The notes: generated from the sequence alone by a model not told the origin. Shown: positions 1 to 10,385, numbered from the stretch's first letter. The stretch: 64,000 nt of DNA from Armatimonadota bacterium (GCA_052386995.1 JBQTJP010000110.1:30481-94480), one strand, 5' to 3'. Made by a program: numbers and translations.

Positions 1-1091
1 ATGTAGATGGTGCGCGAGTCGTTCTCGAAGCTCCGCGACAGATCATGCACGTTCTCGATCCGGCTCGTCCGGAGCTTCTCGCGGAAAGCCTCGTTGAACA
101 CGCGGTATTCCTCCGCGAACAAGGGCGTGGCGCCCCCGCGGCGGCCGCGCCGCGCCCCTGTCAACCGCCAGCGTTCCTCGTCGGGGGAGAGGACTTTCTT
201 GGAATAGATGCTCGGTTGCCAGTAGAACACGGCGCGGAAACCGTACTCTCGCGCCAGCATGTTCACCAGCCGCACGTTGGCCAGGTACACGTCCACGGTG
301 GTGCCCGCCAGCGCCGGCTCGAGGAAACGGCGCGACGCCCCTTCGGCCGGGGCGGCTCCGAGCGATCCGAGCACGCCACGCATGAACCGATACAACCCCA
401 CCTTCTCGAGGAGCCCCTGCCGCCACGCGACCCGGTTCCGAGAGTTGAACTCGGTGACGCGGTTGATCTCGTTTTGGGGAATGCCGGCCACCCCGCTCTG
501 AAAGGCCGCCCACGCGTCGTTCACACCGTCATAGAAGATGACGACATCGGGCACGTTGCCCTTCCGCAGCTCGAGGATGAGCGTGATCAGTTCCTGGGTG
601 CTCACGTAGCCGGGCTCTCCATAGTTGACAACGTACGGCGCCGCGGGCAGCCTGCTCGCCAGCTTCTTGGATACGAGCGAGGGGATCGTAAACTCATCGC
701 GGGCGCCATAGCCCCAGAGGGTGGAGCCGCCGAACATGAAGATCTTCGCCTGGCCGGGCGCCGGGGAGGGGGAGGCATTCCAGGTCCGGCGAAGCCCATC
801 GTCGTCGATGCTGATATGCGCTCCCTTGTATGGCCGCGCGCGCCAGTACACGTACGGCCGCCATCGCTCCCGGACGGCCACGATCAGCTCGGCGTGATAG
901 TCGCGGACCCACTCCTGCCCGGGATTGGCCGCCTGCAGCCTGTCTACCGTGACCACGCTGGTGGCGGGACGCGCGCGGTCGCGGATGAGAAAGAACAGTT
1001 GAAACGCCCCTTCGAGCATCACGAGCACCAGCAGCCCCACACCGACGTTGATCCACACGGTGCGAACCGCCTGGCCGATCCGTTGACTCAT
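1..1091 (-). CDS. Membrane-anchored SGNH/GDSL-like hydrolase (probable polysaccharide O-acetyl esterase/acetyltransferase-associated). It is partial and runs off the window start.
   Basis: Hand-translated minus-strand frame. ATG is at complement 1089-1091 (MSQRIGQAVRTVWINVGVGLLVLVMLEGAF...), 11 nt after the Wzx stop. It has an N-terminal TM helix, then FGGSTLWG (block I Ser), NYGEPG and DGVNDAW blocks typical of the SGNH fold. There is no stop within the window, so it is absent from the ORF track. Confidence 0.5.
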   Translation of the reverse strand, partial: MSQRIGQAVRTVWINVGVGLLVLVMLEGAFQLFFLIRDRARPATSVVTVDRLQAANPGQEWVRDYHAELIVAVRERWRPYVYWRARPYKGAHISIDDDGLRRTWNASPSPAPGQAKIFMFGGSTLWGYGARDEFTIPSLVSKKLASRLPAAPYVVNYGEPGYVSTQELITLILELRKGNVPDVVIFYDGVNDAWAAFQSGVAGIPQNEINRVTEFNSRNRVAWRQGLLEKVGLYRFMRGVLGSLGAAPAEGASRRFLEPALAGTTVDVYLANVRLVNMLAREYGFRAVFYWQPSIYSKKVLSPDEERWRLTGARRGRRGGATPLFAEEYRVFNEAFREKLRTSRIENVHDLSRSFENDSRTIY

Positions 1092-1101
1092 ACCGACCCT
1101 C

Positions 1102-2622
1102 CTAGACCTCTTCCGCCTTGCGCAGGCGGGGCGAGGCCGGCGCGCCTCGCGTTTCGTGCAGCATGCGCAGCAGCTTGATGAGCGCCTGGCGCTGCGTCAT
1201 CCACGTGATGCCGCCGTAGGTCGCCACCCCGAGCAGCACGAGCACGGTCAGGGTGACGGACTTCGGCACCGCTCTTTCGATCAATGCGATGCGGGCCGGC
1301 AGCACAACAGCCGTCATCACGGCGCATCCGACGACCGACGGGAAGATCGCCGCCCAGATGTCGCGCACCGTCACCCCGATCACGCGCGCCACGAACCCCC
1401 ATTGGATCGGCGTGAGGACCATCGTGGCGACGAGATACCCCGTGGCCACGCCCACGACGCCCCAGCGCAGGCCGATGGCGAACGCGGGCAGGTACAGGAA
1501 CACCGAGAGCAAGGCCCATCGCATGTGCAGGTCGGTGCGTCCCATCGCCTGCAGGGCACTGGGGCCCAGGGCCGTCATCAACTGCAGAAATCCCGCCAGG
1601 GCCAACACGCTCATCACCATACCCGCCGGCAGCCACGTGGCCCCGAAGACGATCGCGACGAGCAGCGGCGCCACGAGCGAGAGGCCGACCATCATCGGCA
1701 GGGCGATCATCGTGATGTATCGCGTTGCCAGGAGGAAGCTCCGCTTGAGACGGTCGGCGTCGTCCTGCAGCCTGGACAGGGTGGAAAACATCACCTGCGT
1801 CATCGGGAAGCCGATGTCGACGACCGGGACGAGAAACACCGAGTACGCCAGCGCGTAGAATCCCAGGGCCATCGATCCCAGATAACGGCCGATGAGCAGG
1901 TTGTCCGTGTTGCGCACCGCGTAGCCGAACAGGCGCGAGAGGAACAGCGGTCCGCCAAACGACCACAGATCCTTGAACTGCTCCCACGAGAACGTCAGCC
2001 TGGGCCGGAACCCTCCGGCGTAGAACAACGCGATCGCACCCGCCACGCTGCCACCCAGCTGCTGGCCCACCAGGCTCCAGACCCCGAAGCCCTTGAACGC
2101 CATGATCATGCCGATCGTGCCGCCGACAATGGTCGCAAACAACGGCCTCAGCGACAGGGCGCGGTAGAGCATCCGCCGCGACATCCACGCGGCCTGCGTG
2201 CTGGCCGCGGCGTCAAAGACCAGCCGCGTGGACAAGGCGACCATGATCGGCCCGGCAAGCGGCTCCCGCATGAAGAGGCCGATGAACCGGCTGGCGATCA
2301 CGGCGACGATCATGAGGATGCATCCGAGGGCGATATTCGCCCAGAACGCGGTCGACAGGTACCGATCATCGATGTCCCGACGCTGCACGATGGCCCCGCT
2401 GATGCCGGAATGGGTGAACAGGCCGAGGACGCCGGTAAAAACGGCGGCCATCGCCAGCAGGCCGAAATCGCGCGGGGCCAGCAGCCGGACCATGACGATG
2501 GTAAAGAATTGGTCGAGGAGGCGCCCGCCAATCCGCTGGCCGCTCAGCCACAGCATCCCCTTGATGGCCAGGCTGCGCAGCCGCGGTTTGGTGGGACCTG
2601 CCGATCTCGTCTCTCCGCTCAT
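1102..2622 (-). CDS. wzx: Wzx-type oligosaccharide flippase (MOP/PST polysaccharide biosynthesis protein family)
   Basis: Multi-TM protein with the typical PST-family length. The likely start is MSGETRS (ATGA overlap with the upstream gene stop). It is a paralog of the ORF at 20984-22567. Confidence 0.8.
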   Translation of the reverse strand: MSGETRSAGPTKPRLRSLAIKGMLWLSGQRIGGRLLDQFFTIVMVRLLAPRDFGLLAMAAVFTGVLGLFTHSGISGAIVQRRDIDDRYLSTAFWANIALGCILMIVAVIASRFIGLFMREPLAGPIMVALSTRLVFDAAASTQAAWMSRRMLYRALSLRPLFATIVGGTIGMIMAFKGFGVWSLVGQQLGGSVAGAIALFYAGGFRPRLTFSWEQFKDLWSFGGPLFLSRLFGYAVRNTDNLLIGRYLGSMALGFYALAYSVFLVPVVDIGFPMTQVMFSTLSRLQDDADRLKRSFLLATRYITMIALPMMVGLSLVAPLLVAIVFGATWLPAGMVMSVLALAGFLQLMTALGPSALQAMGRTDLHMRWALLSVFLYLPAFAIGLRWGVVGVATGYLVATMVLTPIQWGFVARVIGVTVRDIWAAIFPSVVGCAVMTAVVLPARIALIERAVPKSVTLTVLVLLGVATYGGITWMTQRQALIKLLRMLHETRGAPASPRLRKAEEV

Positions 2623-3212
2623 CGAATGCCTCCCAGGAACGCCGCCAGCTTCACGTACTCTCGAAAGACGAGACGTCGGTCGGCCGATCGCGTCCACCAT
2701 CGATGTATGCTGAAGCGCCCGTCGTCAACGGCGATCACGCTCGCCCGCAGCCCCGCCCGGCGGAAGATCTTCGAGAACACCACCGCGGTCCGGCGCGTGT
2801 GATAGGGTGACGTGAGGACAACGCCACTCCGTAGTCCCCGCGCCGCCATCACGCGGGCCGTGCCTTCGGCGTTGTCGACGGTGCTCTCCGCACGATCGTC
2901 GATGAGAAGCCGCTCCGCCGGTATCCCGGCGGCCAGCGCCTCATCGCGGTTGACCGCCGCGGAATTGGGACCATTGAGCGTTGGGCCGCCGCTGACGACC
3001 AACCACTGCCCCTGCCCGTTCTCCAGCAGGCGCTTGGCGGCGGTGATCCGCTCGATGCCGTTGCCGCCGATCACAATGACCGCATCGGCCGGCGCCGGTG
3101 GGTCGGACACCACCAGGAAATCGCCCGCGGCCTGCAGGAGCGGCTCACGCAAGGCGTAGCCGGTCGCGGCGACCAGCACGGACACCGCCACCAGTAGGAC
3201 CCACCGCCGCAT
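2619..3212 (-). CDS. DUF218 / YdcF-ElyC-SanA family envelope-biogenesis protein
   Basis: N-terminal TM segment, then a VIVIGGNG...SGG...TSPYH pattern typical of DUF218. Confidence 0.6.
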   Translation of the reverse strand: MRRWVLLVAVSVLVAATGYALREPLLQAAGDFLVVSDPPAPADAVIVIGGNGIERITAAKRLLENGQGQWLVVSGGPTLNGPNSAAVNRDEALAAGIPAERLLIDDRAESTVDNAEGTARVMAARGLRSGVVLTSPYHTRRTAVVFSKIFRRAGLRASVIAVDDGRFSIHRWWTRSADRRLVFREYVKLAAFLGGIR

Positions 3213-3215
3213 GGG

Positions 3216-5159
3216 CTACGACGCAGGCTTGGCGCCTGTGCGCGCACGGCTCCACTCCTCGCCCTCCGGCGGCAGCGCGGAAAGCGCGCTGTCGGATGCC
3301 AGGTGACGCAGGATCGCCCGAATGCCGGCGTCGTCCCGGCGCTGGACCAGGTGCTCGAGTTGCTGCAGCGCAAGGCGCAGGGTGACCTCATCGGGCTCGC
3401 GCTCGTCGATGACCTCAAAGATGCCCGGGTACGGCGAGGGCCGTACGGACTCCTCCGGAGTCGAGAGTTGTTCTTCCAGTTTTTCGCCCGGCCGGATGCC
3501 AGTGTAGACGATGGGGATATCGCGATCCGGTTCCAGGCCCGACAGCCTGATCACCTCGACCGCCAGGTCCGCGATGCGCACTGGCTCCCCCATGTCCAGC
3601 ACGTAGAGCCCGTAGGGCCATTCGGACATCGACGCCTGCAGGACCAGCAAGACCGCCTCAGGCGGACTCATCACGAACCGCGTCATGTCGGGATGCGTGA
3701 GCGTCACGGGCCCGCCCTGGCGAATCTGCTCCTGAATCAACGGGATCAGGCTGCCCCGGCTGCCCAGCACGTTGCCAAAGCGGACCGCAAGGAACCGGGT
3801 GCGGCCGCGGTGGCTGAGGACGTGCCCGATGAGCTCGCTCACCCGCTTGGTGGCTCCCATCACGCTGGTCGGGCGCACCGCCTTGTCCGTGGAGATGAGC
3901 ACGAAGGTCTCGACGCCGCAGCGCACGGCGCCTTCTGCGACGGTCAGGGTCCCGAGGACATTGGTCTTCACGGCCTCGTCGACATCGCGCTCCATCAACG
4001 GCACGTGTTTGTACGCCGCGGCATGAAAAACCATGCGGGGCAGCACCGAACTCATCACCCAGTCCATCTTGGAGGCATCGCGTACATCCGCTACCAGCGT
4101 CCGGAAGACCGCCTCGGGATGCAGCCGCTTGATCTCCTCCTCCAGGTCGAACAGCCCGGTCTCGTTGATGTCCAACGCAATGATCTCGCAGCGGGCCAGA
4201 CGGGCGATCTGCCGGACCAGCTCCGACCCGATGGATCCTGCGGCCCCGGTCACGAGCACCCGGCTGCCTTGCAGGCGGCGCGCGATCTCGTCGGTGGCGA
4301 TCTGCACGGTCGGCCGGCCGAGCAGGTCGGCCACCTCGACCTGCCGGAGATCGTTGAGCGTCGCATTGCCCGACAGGAGTTTTTGCACTCCCGGAAGGAT
4401 CCGCATGCGCTTCATGCCGGCCTGGCGCACGCACGCCACGATATCGCGGATCTCCTTCGACGGCGCCGAGGGAATGGCGATGATCACCTCGTCCACCCGC
4501 AGGCGTGTGACGACGTCATCGATGACCTGGCGACCGCCGTACACCCGCACGCCCTGCACGAACGCGCCCCATTTCGCCTGATCGTCGTCGATGAGGCCGA
4601 CGGGGTGCAGCGTGCCGTGCGGGTACTCTGCCATGGCCTGGACCAGGCGCGTCCCGGCGGCGCCGGCGCCCACGACCAGGAGCCTCGCCCCGGGGATATC
4701 CGACCGCCTGCCGCGCTGGCGGTCGACCTGTATCTGCCACATGCGCCGGCTGACGCGCACCAGCGCGACGCCGCAGAAGGCGAGTACGAAGTCCATGATC
4801 AGGACCGACCGTGGAAAGCCGCGGAAGGCCTCAACCGAACGCAGGAAGACCATCGTGGCCGCGATCGTTGCGGTGGACGCGCCGACGGCCTTGAATATGT
4901 TCACAAGCTCCGAAAGTCCCACCGCCCGCCACGAGATCTGATAGAGGCGAAAGGCCCAGTGCCAGACGGCCTTGATGGGAATGCTCAACAGGAGCAGCCG
5001 CGGGATGTACACCAAGTGGTTCGGGGGGATGCTCCCGTCAAATCGGATGAGGAACGCGGCAATGAGCGCTCCCGTCCACACGGCCAGGTCCGCGCCGAAA
5101 TAGAGTGCCGCGCGCAGCAGGCTGCGCCGACCGCTAAACGGAAACACTGGTCTGGACAC
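3216..5159 (-). CDS. Membrane-bound UDP-N-acetylglucosamine 4,6-dehydratase (PglF/CapD/WbpM family)
   Basis: N-terminal TM helices, two Rossmann regions (VVGAGAAG; VLVTGAAGSIGSEL) and a YKHV...K short-chain dehydrogenase catalytic motif (Tyr and Lys); 647 aa. Confidence 0.85.
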   Translation of the reverse strand: MSRPVFPFSGRRSLLRAALYFGADLAVWTGALIAAFLIRFDGSIPPNHLVYIPRLLLLSIPIKAVWHWAFRLYQISWRAVGLSELVNIFKAVGASTATIAATMVFLRSVEAFRGFPRSVLIMDFVLAFCGVALVRVSRRMWQIQVDRQRGRRSDIPGARLLVVGAGAAGTRLVQAMAEYPHGTLHPVGLIDDDQAKWGAFVQGVRVYGGRQVIDDVVTRLRVDEVIIAIPSAPSKEIRDIVACVRQAGMKRMRILPGVQKLLSGNATLNDLRQVEVADLLGRPTVQIATDEIARRLQGSRVLVTGAAGSIGSELVRQIARLARCEIIALDINETGLFDLEEEIKRLHPEAVFRTLVADVRDASKMDWVMSSVLPRMVFHAAAYKHVPLMERDVDEAVKTNVLGTLTVAEGAVRCGVETFVLISTDKAVRPTSVMGATKRVSELIGHVLSHRGRTRFLAVRFGNVLGSRGSLIPLIQEQIRQGGPVTLTHPDMTRFVMSPPEAVLLVLQASMSEWPYGLYVLDMGEPVRIADLAVEVIRLSGLEPDRDIPIVYTGIRPGEKLEEQLSTPEESVRPSPYPGIFEVIDEREPDEVTLRLALQQLEHLVQRRDDAGIRAILRHLASDSALSALPPEGEEWSRARTGAKPAS

Positions 5160-6342
5160 CTTCTTTCAGTCCCGCGGCGATGCGTTGGATATCGTCGCGG
5201 GAGAGGTCATTGTAGAACGGGAGGGCGATGGCTCGACGGCTGGCGTCTTCCGCCACGGGAAAACTGCCCTCGGGGTATCGGGCAAACGCCTTGAAGTAGG
5301 GCTGCAGATGCAGGGCCGGAAAATACGCGCGGCTGGTGATCCCCCGGCCGGCCAGATGCCGGATCAGCCCATCTCGATCGATGCCCGGCGCGACCCGCAC
5401 GACGTAGACGAACCAGCTCACGCGCGCCCAGGGCTGGGCGGCCGGCAGGGTGAGTTCGGAGATCCCGCCGAGCACCTCACCGTACCAGGCGGCGACCTGA
5501 ACGCGCCTGGCCGCCAGTGTCGGCAGCCGCTTCATCTGGGCCACGCCCAGTGCGGCGGACAGCTCGTCCATCCGGTAGTTGAACCCCAGCCGATCATGGC
5601 ACAGCCACTCCGCACCTTCGGCGCGCCCCTGGTTCCTCGCGCTGCGGGTGTAGGCCGCGATCTCATCGTCGTCGGTGACGACCATGCCACCCTCGCCGGT
5701 CGTGATCTGCTTGTTGGGATAGAAGGCGTACACTGCGGCATCAGCGAATGCCCCGGCCGCGACCCACCGCTGTCGAACACCGGAAGAATACTCCGAGCCA
5801 AACGCTTCCGCGGTGTCATCCAGGAACCGGAGGCCATAGGCATCTGCCAGCATGCGAAACTCGTCCATCTTGACCGGGTGCCCGTACACGTCTACTGGAA
5901 GGATACCCACGAGCGGGCGCCCCGTTACCCGGCCGACCAGGCGGCCGGACGCCGAGCGATACTCTCTGCGGATGAAGTCGGTCACAGTCTGCGGGTCGAG
6001 ATTCAGGGTCACCGGATCAACGTCTACAAACACGGGGTGGGCCCGTTCCATCAAGAGGATGTTGGCCGTCGCCGCGAAGGTGAACGGCGTCGTGATAACC
6101 TCCACGCCGTCGCTGAACCCGAGCGCCCGGCCGGCCAGGTGCAACGCCGCGGTGCCGCTGCTGACCGCAACGGCGTGCCGGCGGCCGGTGGACGCGGCCA
6201 CGGCGGCCTCGAATTCCTCGACCTTCGGGCCGAGGCTGAGCCAGGGCGTCTTCAGCACGCCCAGGACCTCCTGGCACTCGGCTTCCGTGATGTCGGGCCG
6301 TGACAACGGAATGGTCATGTCGCTCTCCTGTGATGGAACCAT
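5134..6342 (-). CDS. DegT/DnrJ/EryC1/StrS-family PLP sugar aminotransferase (PglE/WbpE-like)
   Basis: Fold-type I aminotransferase with typical DegT-family motifs, about 400 aa. Confidence 0.85.
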   Translation of the reverse strand: MVPSQESDMTIPLSRPDITEAECQEVLGVLKTPWLSLGPKVEEFEAAVAASTGRRHAVAVSSGTAALHLAGRALGFSDGVEVITTPFTFAATANILLMERAHPVFVDVDPVTLNLDPQTVTDFIRREYRSASGRLVGRVTGRPLVGILPVDVYGHPVKMDEFRMLADAYGLRFLDDTAEAFGSEYSSGVRQRWVAAGAFADAAVYAFYPNKQITTGEGGMVVTDDDEIAAYTRSARNQGRAEGAEWLCHDRLGFNYRMDELSAALGVAQMKRLPTLAARRVQVAAWYGEVLGGISELTLPAAQPWARVSWFVYVVRVAPGIDRDGLIRHLAGRGITSRAYFPALHLQPYFKAFARYPEGSFPVAEDASRRAIALPFYNDLSRDDIQRIAAGLKEGVQTSVSV

Positions 6343-7010
6343 TAGACAGCAGAAGCGCTGGATGATGGAGTCGTCGGGCCGCCGGGCACCAGCCGCATGA
6401 CGGCCGCGCGGCCGAGCCGCGGCGAGAAACCGGCAATGGGGGTCAGCACCAGGATGGCCAGATCTGTCGCCCAGGTGCGCCGCCGGGCGTAGGCGAGTTC
6501 GAGCGCGACTTTCTCGGGCAACACCGTATTGAAATACATGGCCTGCGGATCCTCCGACGTCCCCAGGAGGCGCTCTTCGTGGGCGAAAGCCAGCTGAGCC
6601 ACGCCCGTCATGCCGGGCCGAGCCGCGTAGACACGATGCGCCAGATCGGGCGGGATGGCGGCGACTTCGTTCGGAGGCAGGGGCCTGGGCCCAACCAGAC
6701 TCATCTCGCCCCTGACCACATTGATGAGCTGGGGCATCTCGTCCACCTTGGTGGCGCGCAGGATCCGACCCAGCGGTGTGATGCGCGAATCGCCGCGCGC
6801 CGTGACGGTTCCTCCCGCAGCCGCCCCGTCGACCATCGTCTGGAACTTGAGGATGGTGAACGGCCGCAGCCTGAGGCCGATCCGCGTCTGCCGGAAGAAG
6901 ACCCGACGGCTCACGATCCAGCTCACCGCGGCGACGAGCGCCAGCAGCGGCGCCGTCAGCGCCAGGAGCACGCCCCCCAGAATCAGATCAACCAGACGCC
7001 GCACGGAGAC
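6342..7010 (-). CDS. Undecaprenyl-phosphate sugar phosphotransferase (small PglC/WbaP-C family initiating transferase)
   Basis: A single N-terminal TM helix, then the 'bacterial sugar transferase' core (KFQTM...DEMPQLINVVRGEMSLVGPRP). The start is uncertain; the ORF extends to 7088 and overlaps the upstream GNAT. Confidence 0.8.
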   Translation of the reverse strand, partial: VSVRRLVDLILGGVLLALTAPLLALVAAVSWIVSRRVFFRQTRIGLRLRPFTILKFQTMVDGAAAGGTVTARGDSRITPLGRILRATKVDEMPQLINVVRGEMSLVGPRPLPPNEVAAIPPDLAHRVYAARPGMTGVAQLAFAHEERLLGTSEDPQAMYFNTVLPEKVALELAYARRRTWATDLAILVLTPIAGFSPRLGRAAVMRLVPGGPTTPSSSASAV

Positions 7011-7029
7011 ACGCCTCGTTCGTGGATGC

Positions 7030-7650
7030 TCACGCGCGCGCGGGCGACCGGTCGCCCAGCCCGATGACGTACACGGCGGCGTATTCACCGGGGTGGATCT
7101 CCGCGCGGTGCAGCAACGTAAAGCCCGAGCGTTCGTAGACCCGGCTCGCGGCGTGGTTGTCGCTGGCAGTCGTCACGCGAACCCACTCGACCCCACGATG
7201 GAGGAACTCGTTGAGGATGGCGCGCACGAGCGCGTCCGCGGCCCCGGTCCCGCGGGCCTCCGGACGCACCGCAATCGACACCAGTTCCGCCTCCGGCAAC
7301 GATCCGGCCGCGGTGTACTTCGAGGTCTCCATGAGGCGGCGCAGCCCGCCGCCCACGATCTTTCTGGCCACGGCCTTGATGGCGAGCCACTCGTTCCGCA
7401 GCACGAACGCCTGGTAGAAGCGTCGCCACTGCACGACCCCGGTGCCAAAACCCACGCATTGGCCGTCTCGTTCGGCCACAAATGCGAATCCCCATGGTGA
7501 GCCCAGCAGCGTCTGATAGAACGCGTCTACGAACCGCGGCCCCATGCCGGAGAGCAGGCCCCAGGGGATCTCGGCCATGTGTAGCGCCGTAATGACGGCG
7601 CTATCGGCCGGTGACGCTTTCCTGACTGAGATCGTCGATGGCGTGTCCAT
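7030..7650 (-). CDS. GNAT-family N-acetyltransferase. It may N-acetylate the 4-amino sugar as a PglD functional analogue.
   Basis: GNAT beta-strand / Q/RxxGxG/A-like acetyl-CoA motif (VRPEARGTGAADALV); adjacent to the dehydratase, aminotransferase and sugar-transferase trio. Confidence 0.65.
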   Translation of the reverse strand: MDTPSTISVRKASPADSAVITALHMAEIPWGLLSGMGPRFVDAFYQTLLGSPWGFAFVAERDGQCVGFGTGVVQWRRFYQAFVLRNEWLAIKAVARKIVGGGLRRLMETSKYTAAGSLPEAELVSIAVRPEARGTGAADALVRAILNEFLHRGVEWVRVTTASDNHAASRVYERSGFTLLHRAEIHPGEYAAVYVIGLGDRSPARA

Positions 7651-8785
7651 GTTTGTCCGCCAGAAGCCTGCGATAGACCTCCAGTATCTGCCTGGCAATG
7701 CGACGCTCGTCAAACGACTCCAGCGCCTTCTGCCGGTTCACCTCGCCACACCGTCTGCGCAGCGGCGCGTCATCGATCAGTCGCCGCACCGCGGCCTCCA
7801 ACGCCGGCGCGTCGCGCGGCGGTACCAGAAACCCTCCTGCACCGTCGGTCAGCACCTCGCGGCAGCCGCGGATGTCGGTCAGCACCATCGGGAGGCCCAT
7901 CGCCGCCGCCTCAACGGCCGACCGCGGCATGCCCTCCCGGTACGATGCCAGCACGAAGATGTCCATCGCGCGGTATAGATCGCGCACGTCATGGCGCAGG
8001 CCGAGGAACCGGATCACGCCACGTCCTTCCAGATCGGCGATGACATCGTGCGGGACGGCATCGGCCTTGTCGGCATCCTGGGGTCCGACGATGAGAAACC
8101 GCACGTTCGGCCTGGTCGCGCGAAGGCGTTCGGCCGTCTGGAAGACCTCCCGCAGACCCTTCTCCCACACGAGCCGGCCGACGGTCCCGACGACGATCGT
8201 CGAGTCATCAATCCCCAGTGCCGCGCGCACCGCGGCGCGATCGGCCGCGGCCGGATCGAACACCGCAAGATCGACGCCATTGCCGATGTGCAATGACCGG
8301 TCGTACCGCACAATGCGTAGAGCGCGCAGGTGGTCCAGATCCTCGCGGCTCTGGCAGAATTCGAAATCCGAGCAGGCCGCGGCCAGGCGCTCCATGGCCA
8401 GATAGGCCGTCCGCCGCAGGCCGCTCCGATCGACGCCGTACAGCCCATGCACGGTGTTGACGACGACCGGCACGCCGGCCAGACGCGCGGCTGTGCGGCC
8501 GAACACGCCGGTTTTTGGATTGTGCGTATGGACGATATCAAAGCGCTCGCGACGAAAGAGCGAGAGCAGATCGGCGAAAGCCCGCGCATCCGACGCCGGC
8601 GACCACGACCGTACCAGCGTCGGCACCACGAGGTGCCGGATGCCCCGCGCCCGCAGACCGGCGGCCCAGGGCCCGGGGCCGCTGATGCCGGTGACGTCGA
8701 ACCCCGCGGCCTGGTAGGCCGTCAGTTGATGACCCAACAGCAGGGCCAGGCTGATATCAGAGGTCGTGACGTGCGCCAGCCTCAC
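7601..8785 (-). CDS. GT4-family glycosyltransferase
   Basis: GT-B fold with the EX7E-type C-terminal motif (ASYREGMPRSAVEAAAMGLPMV). Confidence 0.8.
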   Translation of the reverse strand: MRLAHVTTSDISLALLLGHQLTAYQAAGFDVTGISGPGPWAAGLRARGIRHLVVPTLVRSWSPASDARAFADLLSLFRRERFDIVHTHNPKTGVFGRTAARLAGVPVVVNTVHGLYGVDRSGLRRTAYLAMERLAAACSDFEFCQSREDLDHLRALRIVRYDRSLHIGNGVDLAVFDPAAADRAAVRAALGIDDSTIVVGTVGRLVWEKGLREVFQTAERLRATRPNVRFLIVGPQDADKADAVPHDVIADLEGRGVIRFLGLRHDVRDLYRAMDIFVLASYREGMPRSAVEAAAMGLPMVLTDIRGCREVLTDGAGGFLVPPRDAPALEAAVRRLIDDAPLRRRCGEVNRQKALESFDERRIARQILEVYRRLLADKHGHAIDDLSQESVTGR

Positions 8786-9249
8786 CGCGAGCCCTCCGGG
8801 TGCAGCTCGACGGCAGCCGTCCCCTCACTCACGTGCCGTCCATCCAGCGTGACCGCCCACACCTCCAGGTTCACCACGCGAGCGCCGCCGGCAGAGGAGT
8901 CGCGCACGCGGCCTTCGCATCGGATCGTCTCGCCCACGTAAACCGGCGCGCCGTGGCGCACGGCCAATCGCTTCAACCAGCCGGCCGAACCGAGCCAGTC
9001 CGTGATCATCCGTGTCAGCAGCGCCGTGCGATGATGGCCGCTCTGAATGCAGTCGCGTAGCCCACGCATCTGTGCAAACGCGCGGTCGTAATGGAGCGCA
9101 AACCAGTTCTCCTGATAGGCGGCCCACCGCACGAAGTCGGCAAGTGTCAGCGGTCCCATCTCAACCGCCGGCAGTAGCGCGCCGGCCGCTATATCGAGTG
9201 GTGAAGACCCGATCGCGGCGTGTCCCTTCGCGGCGCCGGGGTCGGTCAT
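8782..9249 (-). CDS. MaoC-like (R)-specific enoyl-CoA hydratase, hotdog fold (C-terminal catalytic half-type)
   Basis: Hotdog-fold MaoC_dehydratas signature. It has 4-nt overlaps with the neighbouring GT4 and CoA-transferase genes. Confidence 0.7.
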   Translation of the reverse strand: MTDPGAAKGHAAIGSSPLDIAAGALLPAVEMGPLTLADFVRWAAYQENWFALHYDRAFAQMRGLRDCIQSGHHRTALLTRMITDWLGSAGWLKRLAVRHGAPVYVGETIRCEGRVRDSSAGGARVVNLEVWAVTLDGRHVSEGTAAVELHPEGSR

Positions 9250-10385
9250 GCCCCGGTCCGAGCCTGCTGGCGCGGGCCGGTGGCGATCACACCGGCGGCT
9301 TCGAGACGTCCGATCTCGTCCCGCGAGAATCCGGCCTCACGCAGGACCTCGGCGGTGTGTTGCGCCGGGCGCGGCGCGGGCGATGGGCGCCGCATCCACG
9401 GCACACGCAACACGGGTATCTCATCGTCGCCAATCCGCTGGAAGAACTCTCGGGACCGCAGCTGTGGATCGGTCAGCAGGTCATCGACACTGTGGACGGG
9501 GGCGATCGGAATGCCCCGTGCCTGAGCCAGCTCGGAGAGCTCGGCCTTGCTGAACCTCTGGGTCCATGCCCCGACGATCTCGAACACATCTTCCTGGCGC
9601 GCCAGGCGGGACTGTTCCTCCGTCAGCGCCTGGTCGCGCAGCCGCTCGTCACCGACGAGGTCGACCAGGGCGGCCCACATGCGCCGCTCGTTGGCGGAGA
9701 TCACCACATAGCCATCCCGACACGGCAGCGCGCCTGCCATGGCGATATGAGCGTGGCGGCTGCCGCGGCGCGTGACCACGCGTCCCGACAGCGCGGCCTC
9801 GTAGACCCCTTGCTGCATCACGGTCAGCAGGGCCTCGTGGCCGCTGACGTGCACCAGTCGCCCATCGCCGGTCTGCCGTGCCAGGCGCGCCCCCAGCACG
9901 CACGCCAGCGCCCCGTAGACCGCCGTAATCGCGTCGGCGAGCCCGCCTCCGACGAGCATCGGCGTCTGTCCCGGCTGCCCGGTAATCGACATGAGACCGC
10001 TGAGGGCATACCGGACGATGCCGGCAGTCCGGGCGATCTCACCACCCGCGGCCGGTGCGAAAGGTCGTAACGCGACCCACACGAGCCTCGGGTTGGCCGC
10101 GCGGCAGCGCGCGTAGAGCGACGGCGTGTCGTCGAACCGTGGTGCGATGCCGTCCATGACGACATCCGCGGCCGTGCACAGGCGCTCCAGAATCTCGCTC
10201 CCCCCGGCCCGCCGCAGGTCAACGACCACGCTGCGCGTGCCGGCGTTGAAGAACCGGTATGAAGGGTCGCGCGCGGCTCCGTCGGCGGCATCCAGGCGGA
10301 CCACATCGGCGCCGAGATCCGCCAGCAGTCTCCCCGCATAGACGGCGGACTCATCGGTCAGGTCCAGCACGCGCAGTACGCTCAT
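9246..10385 (-). CDS. Family III CoA-transferase (CaiB/BaiF family)
   Basis: N-terminal LRVLDLT...GADVV Rossmann motif of CoA_transf_3, about 380 aa. Confidence 0.8.
   Translation of the reverse strand: MSVLRVLDLTDESAVYAGRLLADLGADVVRLDAADGAARDPSYRFFNAGTRSVVVDLRRAGGSEILERLCTAADVVMDGIAPRFDDTPSLYARCRAANPRLVWVALRPFAPAAGGEIARTAGIVRYALSGLMSITGQPGQTPMLVGGGLADAITAVYGALACVLGARLARQTGDGRLVHVSGHEALLTVMQQGVYEAALSGRVVTRRGSRHAHIAMAGALPCRDGYVVISANERRMWAALVDLVGDERLRDQALTEEQSRLARQEDVFEIVGAWTQRFSKAELSELAQARGIPIAPVHSVDDLLTDPQLRSREFFQRIGDDEIPVLRVPWMRRPSPAPRPAQHTAEVLREAGFSRDEIGRLEAAGVIATGPRQQARTGA

Noticed and set aside
45-1178. 377-aa plus-strand ORF at the window start
   Set aside because: Its composition (R/G/P/H-rich, no domain) is typical of an antisense high-GC frame. 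The minus strand carries a coherent SGNH-hydrolase-like reading frame, translationally placed right after the wzx gene.
1156-2802. 548-aa plus-strand ORF, extremely H/R/D/E-rich
   Set aside because: It is antisense to the Wzx flippase gene, with a low-complexity charged composition, so it is an artefact of 70% GC. The same applies to 3303-5294, 5185-6303, 9012-10070, 10718-11788, 17752-18975, 19227-19997, 20852-21928, 31471-32397, 43598-44683 and other long antisense ORFs.
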